64,000 nt of DNA from Candidatus Latescibacterota bacterium (GTDB taxonomy: Bacteria; Latescibacterota; UBA2968; GCA-2709665): NCBI GenBank assembly GCA_963667175.2, contig CAXXXF010000016.1, positions 96,001 to 160,000 on the forward strand. Direction: 5' to 3'. Numbering within the stretch: position 1 is the first letter of the stretch; every line of letters starts with the position of its first letter. The notes beneath the pieces are model-generated. The model saw only the letters and a list, made by a program, of their open reading frames with translations. It was not told the origin of the DNA and did no database searches. A program made the translations under genes and the position numbers. Below, in pieces: positions 9,702 to 18,323 of this stretch.

Positions 9702-10417
9702 ACTGGCGGGAATTGCTGCTCACCACGTGGCGGCTTTATCGGCTGAGCTGCAGGATCATATTCCACAGGAAGTTGATGTTCATGGGCATCGGCCTTCTCG
9801 TCTATTACGCCGCCATGTACGCGTTCGCGGTGTGGCGCCCCGACGAGGGGTTCGGCGTGTCGCAGGCGCTCAACGTTCTGGTTGAAATCCCCGGTATTGC
9901 GCTTGCCATTTATCTGACGATGGACCTCGTTGCGGGCGAACGAGACCGGAATACACTTGAAACCCTGTTCAGCACAACCTCTACCCACTACAAGATCTGG
10001 ACGATCCGGATGGTGGGGGTGTATCTGGTTCTGGCGGGAACCCTCATGGGAATGACGGTGGTCGCCTATTTCGTCTTCGCCGAACTTCCGATTTTCCGGG
10101 GCGGATTGAACGCCTTTCTGCCGGCATGTCTTGCCGCCGGGCTCACGTTTACCTTCTCCGTTCTCTGTCGAAGCGGCAACGCGGCCGCGATGCTGGCGAC
10201 CGGGGTGATGGTCCTGGCTCTGGTCGTTTCGAAGTCCATGCCCGATTCTCCCTTCGTGCTCTTTCTGGACACGTTTGATCCGCCGGTGGGCATGGAAGAC
10301 ACGCTTTGGGGCGACCGGGTTCTGCTGAACCGTCTGGCCGTCGTGCTGCTGTCGGGCTTGCTGCTGTTTATCGGCCTGCGCAGAATGGAAGCGCGGGAGC
10401 GGCTGGTATCTTCGTAA
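9695..10417 (+). CDS. ABC-2-type transporter permease
   Basis: GTG at 9695 after GGAGGG; about 6 hydrophobic segments; ERDRNTLETLF motif. Confidence 0.8.
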   Translation: MLNWRELLLTTWRLYRLSCRIIFHRKLMFMGIGLLVYYAAMYAFAVWRPDEGFGVSQALNVLVEIPGIALAIYLTMDLVAGERDRNTLETLFSTTSTHYKIWTIRMVGVYLVLAGTLMGMTVVAYFVFAELPIFRGGLNAFLPACLAAGLTFTFSVLCRSGNAAAMLATGVMVLALVVSKSMPDSPFVLFLDTFDPPVGMEDTLWGDRVLLNRLAVVLLSGLLLFIGLRRMEARERLVSS

Positions 10418-10463
10418 CGGCGGGTCTCCTGTGCCACAGACGCGGGACCGACGGGCGCCCATC

Positions 10464-11606
10464 CTATTCCTTTCTTACGTCCAGCCGGACTTTTCGCGGC
10501 GCCACGTTCACGACCGCCAGATCCGTCCCATGCCTGATTGACTCGACGCCGAACTCGAACGTCCTGCGCCCGAACCTGACGTAGCCGGCATCGATGACGA
10601 GCCGAAAGGCGTCCTTGGGCGCGAGCAGAAGGGCGCGTCGGGGACCCTTCACGGTGACGTCTACGGCGGCCGGTCTCACGCCCTCCAGCGCATAGCCGCC
10701 CGGCAGATTCTCCACGCCGACCGCCACTTCATACGTCGCTTCCTGGACCGACGCGCCGGGCACCAGAAATACCCATGCGCCGAACGCCAGCGCGAAGGAG
10801 AGCATCCCCTCCGAGAGATGCCGCGCCAGCCAGCCTCGACCGGCCCTCCGATCGCCGACAACCACGTGTTGAGAGTGCTTCTGCAACCTCGACAGCAGTT
10901 CGTCAGGATCGTCCAGAATCTCAAGTCGACCCTGGCGTGCGACGGCGATGGTGCCGCGCTCCTCGGAAACGACCAGGCAGAGGGCGTCGCTGCGTTCGGT
11001 CAACCCCAGCGCCGCGGCGTGGCGGGTTCCTGCCGGCCCGAGTTCGCTGCGGTTTTCCGACAGCGGCAGATGGACGGCAAAACGCTCCAGCCGGTCGTCC
11101 CTCATCACCAGCGCCCCGTCGTGCCCCGCCGAAGTCGTGCCGAACAGGCTGTCGATGAGCTCCTCGCTGATGGTGGCTTGCAGTACAATCCCACCCTGCA
11201 GGAGCCGGTCGAGCGGTTCCCGTCCGGGAAGGACCACCAGGCCGCCCCGCCGATTTTCCGCCAGCTGAACCATCGCGCGAACCAGTACCGCCAGACTCCC
11301 CCCGCGGGGACGCGATGCCCTTCTGCCCAGGCCCAGCGCTGCAATCTGCTCGAAGAGCCTTCGAAGGTCGTCCTGGAAGACAACGACCAGCAGCACGACG
11401 AGTACGGCAAAGAACCCCTGGAATATCCACGCCGTCAGCTGCAGCTCGAACTGCCGCGCCAGGAGATAGAAAGCGCCCAGAAACGCCAGCCCGACGAGCG
11501 CCATGCGGGCGTGCATCCTCCGGGTCCAGGCCAACAGTCCCCAGAACAGCACGCCCACGACCGCGATGTCCACGACGTCTGAAAATGTAACCTCAAGCAG
11601 CGTCAT
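10464..11606 (-). CDS. cdaA: Membrane diadenylate cyclase (DAC/DisA_N) with a C-terminal YbbR-like domain
   Basis: Three N-terminal TMs, FQDDLRR, HDGA and GTRHAAA motifs, then a TM and VDVTVKGPR. Confidence 0.85.
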   Translation of the reverse strand: MTLLEVTFSDVVDIAVVGVLFWGLLAWTRRMHARMALVGLAFLGAFYLLARQFELQLTAWIFQGFFAVLVVLLVVVFQDDLRRLFEQIAALGLGRRASRPRGGSLAVLVRAMVQLAENRRGGLVVLPGREPLDRLLQGGIVLQATISEELIDSLFGTTSAGHDGALVMRDDRLERFAVHLPLSENRSELGPAGTRHAAALGLTERSDALCLVVSEERGTIAVARQGRLEILDDPDELLSRLQKHSQHVVVGDRRAGRGWLARHLSEGMLSFALAFGAWVFLVPGASVQEATYEVAVGVENLPGGYALEGVRPAAVDVTVKGPRRALLLAPKDAFRLVIDAGYVRFGRRTFEFGVESIRHGTDLAVVNVAPRKVRLDVRKE

Positions 11607-11945
11607 ATTGAAGGTTTTCCGCCTGCTGAATTCGGTCGATTGAGGGCGATGGGGACACCTGACGGCGTGTGAAACCCCGCCAGCCCGAAATATGGGCAAT
11701 CTTTCTCATTTCGTCAAGACCGCCCCTGCCGGTTTGCTTCGCGGCAGATCGACGTCTGCCGGATTCCGAGGCGGCAGGACCGCGGTCCGGTCCGGGCGGC
11801 GCCATGTTCGCCCGTTGAATCGATCCGTGGTTCTCGTCTTTCGTTTGGCCGGTCCGGGGAAAATACCTATATTTGGAGACGTTCAGGGATAGCCGGAAAG
11901 GGCCAGAACCAAATTTCACGCGGTATTCGGACGGAGGCAAGCGAC

Positions 11946-12626
11946 ATGCAGGGTACTCGGGGGCGAATGACCAGACGGGAACTCAGGCAGGACGAATTTG
12001 TCAACAGGATGCTGGCCGCATGGGCTTACGTGGAAGAGAACTACGTCCGCGTGCTCGCCGCTGGCGGGGGGGTGGTGGTCCTCATCCTGCTCGGCATTTT
12101 CATCATGAACCGGATGGACGCCCAGACAAGAGAGGCAGTGGAGGCGGAGGGGCAGATCCGGATCCTGTTGCTCCAGGGTCGGGTAGACGATGCCATCCTG
12201 GAAGCCGAACGTGTCTCGGAGACGTACAGCGGCGAAGCGGCAGCCGGGCGGGCCCTGCAGTTGGCCGGCGGCCTCTATTTCGAAACCGGGAGGCACGTGG
12301 AGGCGAAGGCCGCATTTGAAAGATACCTCCAGGAGTTCGACGCGACGGGGCTCACGGGATACAGCGCCTGGTCCGGTGTTGCCGCCGCCCTGGAAGAACA
12401 GGGCGATTCCGCGGGCGCGGCGGCCAGATACCTGGCGTTCGCCGATGAGTTCGAAGACTCTCCGTTCGCGCCCAATGCGCTCAAGGAAGCGGCCCGATGC
12501 TATCGGGTATCGGGCGATACCGGTCAGGCCAGGATTCTTCTGCAGCGCATTCTGGACCGGTATTCGAGGAGTTCCGTCGTCCGAAGCGCGGAGGAGGAAC
12601 TCAAACAGATGGGTGGTATCGGATGA
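11946..12626 (+). CDS. Membrane-anchored tetratricopeptide repeat protein (YfgM-like)
   Basis: RRELRQDEF N-terminus, one TM, then helical TPR-like repeats. Confidence 0.8.
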   Translation: MQGTRGRMTRRELRQDEFVNRMLAAWAYVEENYVRVLAAGGGVVVLILLGIFIMNRMDAQTREAVEAEGQIRILLLQGRVDDAILEAERVSETYSGEAAAGRALQLAGGLYFETGRHVEAKAAFERYLQEFDATGLTGYSAWSGVAAALEEQGDSAGAAARYLAFADEFEDSPFAPNALKEAARCYRVSGDTGQARILLQRILDRYSRSSVVRSAEEELKQMGGIG

Positions 12627-15600
12627 CCGGCCCGGAACTGAGTCTCACCCGTACGCGCGAATTTCACCCGACCGACCTGGACGAAGAAATCCTGCTGGTC
12701 GTACCGGACGACGTACAAGGGCATGCAGCCGTCGCCCGTGTCGCGGAAGCGGTGGGGGAGGCGGGACGCCCCCCGGAGACGATCCCTCAGAGCCGCTTTC
12801 GGCAGGCGCTGTTCCGGGAAAAGCACGTGATTGCCTTCGGAAATCTGGCAAATAACCGGGCGATTCAACGTCTCTATACCGCCCGGTGTTGTTTTGTGGA
12901 TACCTTCTTCCCGGGCGCACACGGCTACCTGGTCAAATCGATATCAGACCCGTTCGGGTACGGCCGGAATTGCATTGTCGCAGGCGCCAGCTCAACGGAA
13001 GGGTTGGAGGCGGCGCTCGGCGTTTTCAGGGACATTGTGGCCGCGAGTCACGGCCGTCTGGACCGGGTTCACGCCGCATCATTCGACCACGAACTTCCGC
13101 GGTTGCCGGATGCTTCCGAAACCGACCGCATGGTTCAGGACGATTTGAAGATCTGGGGGACGGGGTGGTCTGCGTCGCCGTTCCGGGGCGGCCGGATCCT
13201 GTCCTACCTCTGGCGCCATTACCTGACGGATCATCCGGTCTGGGCGCGAGCGGCGGTGGAAATCCTGAAGGGATCGATAGAGCCGTGGCGAGCGGAATGC
13301 AGTGCGCACCCGGAGGCGTACCACTGTTTCTTCAACCTCCACCTCTACATCCATCTTTGGGACCTGGTGGAAGACAACCCGCTGTTTACCCCGGAAGACC
13401 GGCTGGGGGCGGTGACCATGTTCGGCGAGTTGCTCAGACATCTCATGAAACTCTCGTACGTTTCGGAGGAAGTGAATCCACCGGGTCAAATCCGGCAAAA
13501 TCACACGACCTTTATCGGCCTGAATCTGGCCGTGGGCGGCGATTATATGGTCGGGCGGCACGGGATCGGCGAATTTCAGCACGCAAACGACGTCGCAAAG
13601 CGCATTTTCGAAGGTCAGATGCATAGTTACAAGCCCGATGACGATGGGGGCGTGGGGTACGTCTGGCACGTGCCCCAGGAAACGCTGAGCTATTTTCTGT
13701 ACCGCGGCGACGACCGTTACATCACCGGGGGACACGTGTCGGATCTCTGCAAATTGGCGGTGGTGACAACCGACAATATGCGCAGCGAGTGCGGTTACGG
13801 CGATACCACGGGGTATGCCGGTTTTTCCTCGGTCGGATGGGATGCCCGGCTCTGGCCGCTGATGGTTTCGACGTGGCATCAGCCGGATGCCGCGCACCTT
13901 TGGACGTTGAACTGGCTTGGAGACGGAAAACGGCCTCCCCCGGACAGGGCGCTGCACGGTCTCTATTCGGCCGTGGACTACGTGGACGGCGGATTCGCCA
14001 TGGCGGCGTGTAAGCCGGTCGTACCCCGCGAACTGCTCGGCATCTGCGTGATGGAGTTGCCCGAGCCAGTGCTCGACTGGGTACGACGGTACTCGCCGCA
14101 GGCCCATCATCCGCGTCCGGGGAGAAGGTATTTCGACAAATTGTCCCTGCGGCGCAATTTCGAGCCCGGGGGGGAATACCTGCTGCTGGAAGGACTCGGA
14201 ACGACCTGCCACGGACACGAAGATACCAATGCGATCGTCCGGCTGACCTGGAACGAGAGGGCGTGGCTGGCAGACGGGGATTACATCCGGGCCGCGCCCG
14301 CGTTTCACAATTCCGTCGTGGTCATGCGAGACGGCGAGGGAGTTCTCGAATCGCCCGGAGACGGCGTGGTGATCCCGCCTTTGGCGTCCTTAAACGTCTG
14401 TAGCGACGGCGCGGAACTGGCGATGCTCCGCTCCGAAGCCGCGGGTTACAACGGTGTGGACTGGCAGCGGGAGATATTCTGGCGCAAGGGTCGATATATG
14501 GTCGTCATGGACCGGCTTCGCTGTCGCGAACCGGGAGACTATTATCTACAATGTCTCTGGCGAATGGTGGGGGATCCGGTCCGGGAGGCGGACGGCGTGC
14601 GCATCCGGCCAGGCGGGGGAGGACTTTTATATTCGTAACGCGGACGGCTCCACGCAGGAAATCGTGTCCGGACCCGCACGTCAAGAGCCGATGGGGAAGC
14701 TATCCGCATTCGGACGGAACCATTTCCGTGCTGCATCAGCGAACGGGCGTGCAGCCCTCGAAGCCGGCACGTCGTTCACCTTTATGAATCTGCTCACCCC
14801 GGATGCCTCGGATACGACTGGAACGGGTCGGCCCCGACGCGGTCAGGGTCACGGATGGGGACGACGTCGCGTTGTTGGGCGCGGGAACGTTGGAACAGGA
14901 CGGTCTCGAATCTCTCGGGGAGCATGTTCGCGTGCCTCGCTCCGAGGCAGTGGCGTGCGCTTACAGGGCGTCGAACGGCTGACCGGACGGGAGGTCGAAC
15001 CATCGGAACAGGTTCCGGACCGACCCGAACTGGCGGCGGCGGTCCGGTCCGTACGGGCAGTCCCGGCCGTGACGACCGCGCGCGCGACGCGTCCCTCGGT
15101 TTTCTGGCGGGCTTGGCGCAGCGGTGGTGCCGGGCGTTCCCCCGGCCGATATCCGGGATATTTCCGTCTCGGATGACGGTGAATTGCTGCTGGCCAGCGG
15201 CGGTGACGTCGTGCTGACTGAACGCGGAAAACGGGGGAATCGGTCTGGTTCCGGCAGATTGACGCGGAAGGCGGCGCCAGCCGGGTCCTTGGATCGGATA
15301 TCGACGGAGACGGAAAACCGGAAGTGCTGGTGGGGGACTGAAGACTCAAAATATTGATTGTTCTGGAAGGGAGATACCGGTGACGAACGCTGGCGTCGCG
15401 AGTCTGGCGAATATGTGGAATCGCGGCACGAGGGTCTCGGCCATCGACGTGGCGGACCTGGAGGGAAACGGCGATCTGAACGTGCTTGCCGGTACCGAAG
15501 GGTGGTTTGTGAACGCGTTTGCGCCCGACGGCGAGCTCCTAGATGGGCCGAATGGTTTCGATATCACGCCATCACCGCGCTTGCAAGCCGCGGACGTGGA

Positions 15601-16191
15601 TGGAGACGGAAAGGCCGAGATTCTGGTCGGTACGGAATACTACACGCCGCTTACCGTGCACAATTTTGACGGGTCCTTCCGCTGGTCGACCTTCGAGCAG
15701 GTCGGGATCGCACGGGAACGCGACAACGCCGAGACGCGGCATCTGTCTGAAACAGATGGTACTGTGCGACCTCGACAGCGACGGCGTTCAGGAAATCATC
15801 TACGGGACGGAAGACGGCTGGATTTACGCCGTCAATCCTCAGGACGGCGCCGAACTCTGGCATATCAATCTCGTGGGGCAAATTACGGGACTCGTCGTTC
15901 TGGATGGCGTTCTGATCGCGGCGTGCGAGTTCGGCGCGCTGTATGGAATCGATTTTGCCGGCAATCTGACGTGGCGCCGCCACGAAGCGCAATGGATCCA
16001 TGCCGTCGCAGAATCCCGCGGCAATGATCGCCGTTGCCGCCGACCGGCGGGAAATCCGGACGGTCGACAGCGAGGGGCGCTGCCAGGGTTTGATTGAAAT
16101 GCCCGCGAACGTCACGTCGCTCGTCGGGGCGCAGAGCGGATTCGTCTGTGTCTACGGGCAGGGGATTGCCAGGCTGGATCTTGTTTCCTGA
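12623..16191 (+). pseudogene. Heparinase II/III-like protein with C-terminal FG-GAP/PQQ-like beta-propeller; multiply frameshifted after about 14600 (decay or sequencing error)
   Basis: QNH, HGHEDTN and HNSVVV motifs in the intact 5' part. DxDGDG repeats (DIDGDGKPE, DVDGDGKAE, DLDSDGVQE) are spread over alternating frames. Confidence 0.7.
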
Positions 16192-16234
16192 ATAATGGCA
16201 GTCACGGTTCACAGTTTCACGAAACCCCTCACAA

Positions 16235-16262
16235 AACCGGTATAAGATATATTATGTAAACT
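16235..16262 (+). other. dif: dif site (XerC/XerD chromosome dimer resolution site)
   Basis: AACCGGTATAA-GATATA-TTATGTAAACT has the 11-6-11 layout. The right arm equals the Bacillus subtilis dif arm TTATGTAAACT as I recall it. It is intergenic between convergent genes where strand bias flips. Confidence 0.85.
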
Positions 16263-16272
16263 TACGGTTGTT

Positions 16273-16989
16273 TCACGCGGGCTGTCTATCGGCATTTCCT
16301 GTCATTTTCGATTCATGGGCCACATTCTGACCTGTTTTGTCCCGCAGAGCGGACAATTCGGTTTTCAGGCGTCCGATTTCAAGATTCTTGGCCGCCAGGT
16401 CCTCTTTAAATGCCTCGCAGCTGTTTTCGAGCGTCCTGTTTTGATCCTCCAACCGGCTTTGTTCTTCTCCCAGGCGGTTCAGTTCTTTTCTGAGCCAATG
16501 CGCCGTTAATGCGGCCTTTTCCCGGGCTTTTTCCGTCGCGCGGAGGTTTTCGCGCAACCCATCGAGGTCGTCCTTGTATTTTCGCGCTTCGGTCCATCCG
16601 GATGCGGACGAGGCCTCCAGTTGGGTCTGGCGTTCGCTCAGTGACCGAAGTTCGGCCGTGCGTTCAGCCAGCGCCCGCTCAATGGCATCCAATTTTCCGA
16701 CACGCCGTTGCAACCGGTCGTAATCGTCCCGTTGAAGTTGCACGAGGGATTGACTCTGGATCGCTTCGAGACTATTCGATTCCAATGTTTTTCCATATTT
16801 CTTCCTGTAAATTTCCAACAGATCCTCTTTGGGGATCCTCCACGCGCCATTCCACTTCCGGGCGTTCAGATAGTCCCGTTCGATGTAGTTTCGGACCGTT
16901 TTCGGGGTCACCTTGAGCAGATTTGCGGCCTGTTCGATGCTAAGATGTTCGGTCCGGACGTCGTTGGAATCGGTCATTGATTGCTCCAT
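16273..16989 (-). CDS. Excisionase/MerR-like HTH protein with a long coiled coil
   Basis: LSIEQAANLLKVTPKTVRNYI...WRIP HTH, followed by heptad-rich helix. Confidence 0.8.
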   Translation of the reverse strand: MEQSMTDSNDVRTEHLSIEQAANLLKVTPKTVRNYIERDYLNARKWNGAWRIPKEDLLEIYRKKYGKTLESNSLEAIQSQSLVQLQRDDYDRLQRRVGKLDAIERALAERTAELRSLSERQTQLEASSASGWTEARKYKDDLDGLRENLRATEKAREKAALTAHWLRKELNRLGEEQSRLEDQNRTLENSCEAFKEDLAAKNLEIGRLKTELSALRDKTGQNVAHESKMTGNADRQPA

Positions 16990-17092
16990 TACTTGAATAT
17001 TCTCATTTTTTTCCTAAATTATTATAGGAAATTTCATTCCTGAATTCAAGGACGATTCACGACGTAACATCGTATCGAGAAGGAAGACTCAA

Positions 17093-18202
17093 ATGGAAAG
17101 CGCAGCCCTGAAACGCACCCCACTCTACCGGCAGCATGTCGAATTAAACGCGAAAATGGTGGAATTCGGAGGATGGGAGATGCCCGTCCAGTATACCGGA
17201 ATCGTTGCGGAACATCGTGCCGTGCGAACATCCGCAGGGCTGTTCGACGTCAGCCACATGGGCCAGATCCAGGTTTCGGGCGCCGGGGCGAGGGATTTCC
17301 TGCAATATCTGGCAGCCAACGACATCAGGAGGCTGAAGAACGGCAGATGCCAGTATTCCTTTCTTCTGAACGAGCGCGGCGGCACGATTGACGACATGAT
17401 GGTCTACCGGACCGGTCCGGACGCTTTCACGCTTGTTGTGAACGCGTCCAACGCGGAAAAGGACTGGGCTCACGTGGTATGCGTCGGCGCCGGGCGGAAG
17501 GACGTCCACCTGGAAAACAAAAGCGGCGAGCGTGCCCTGCTGGCGTTCCAGGGGCCTGCCGCCGGCGTTATTCTGTCGAAGTTGACGCCCGACGACGTCG
17601 AGGAGATTCGATTCCACGACGTCCGGCCTTGTACCGTGGCCGGCCTGCCGGTTTGGCTCGCCGCGTCCGGTTATACCGGCGAAAACGGATTTGAGGTCTT
17701 CGTGGCTTCGAACGAGGTGGAACAGTTGTGGCGCGCGCTGTTGGACGCGGGCAGGGACGCAGGCGCGGCGCCGGTCGGTCTGGGCGCCCGCGATACGCTG
17801 CGTCTGGAAGCGTCGCTCGCACTCTACGGGCACGAACTGGACGAGACGACTTCCCCCCTGGAGGCCAATCTCGGTTTCGCCGTGGCGAAGACCGGTTCCT
17901 ATATCGGTTCCGATGCGATCGGGGAACAGTTGGAGAGCGGCGTCAAACGGAAACTGGTGATGCTGGAAATGGTCGACAGAGGCATTCCACGCCAGGGTTA
18001 CGAGATTCGTCGACCGGACGGTACAGCCGCGGGCGTGGTCACCAGCGGGTCGGTCTCGCCCTGGTCCGGAAAGAGTATCGCGATGGGCTATGTCGAGCCC
18101 GAATTGGCAAAGCCAGGGCGGGAACTGTTTGTTTCCGTCCGGTCCCGGCGGCTTCGAGCGAAGGTGGTTCGAAGGCCCTATTACCGGCGGCCGGGCAGCT
18201 AG
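17093..18202 (+). CDS. gcvT: Glycine cleavage system aminomethyltransferase T
   Basis: LKRTPLY, FGGWEMPVQY, LFDVSHMG, GYTGENGFE, GLGARDTLRLEA. Confidence 0.97.
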   Translation: MESAALKRTPLYRQHVELNAKMVEFGGWEMPVQYTGIVAEHRAVRTSAGLFDVSHMGQIQVSGAGARDFLQYLAANDIRRLKNGRCQYSFLLNERGGTIDDMMVYRTGPDAFTLVVNASNAEKDWAHVVCVGAGRKDVHLENKSGERALLAFQGPAAGVILSKLTPDDVEEIRFHDVRPCTVAGLPVWLAASGYTGENGFEVFVASNEVEQLWRALLDAGRDAGAAPVGLGARDTLRLEASLALYGHELDETTSPLEANLGFAVAKTGSYIGSDAIGEQLESGVKRKLVMLEMVDRGIPRQGYEIRRPDGTAAGVVTSGSVSPWSGKSIAMGYVEPELAKPGRELFVSVRSRRLRAKVVRRPYYRRPGS

Positions 18203-18323
18203 CGGAACACGAACCAACCCCCCTACCCCGCCGGTTTCGTTGTTCCCGCGCACGCGGCCCTGCGTCTTCAGCCACTTCTCAAGGAAAAAGCCCGGAATCG
18301 CTGAAAGATTCCAGGCTTTCGTC

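Noticed and set aside
16990-17092. Glycine riboswitch upstream of gcvT
   Set aside because: The spacer is short and AT-rich, and lacks the aptamer motifs.
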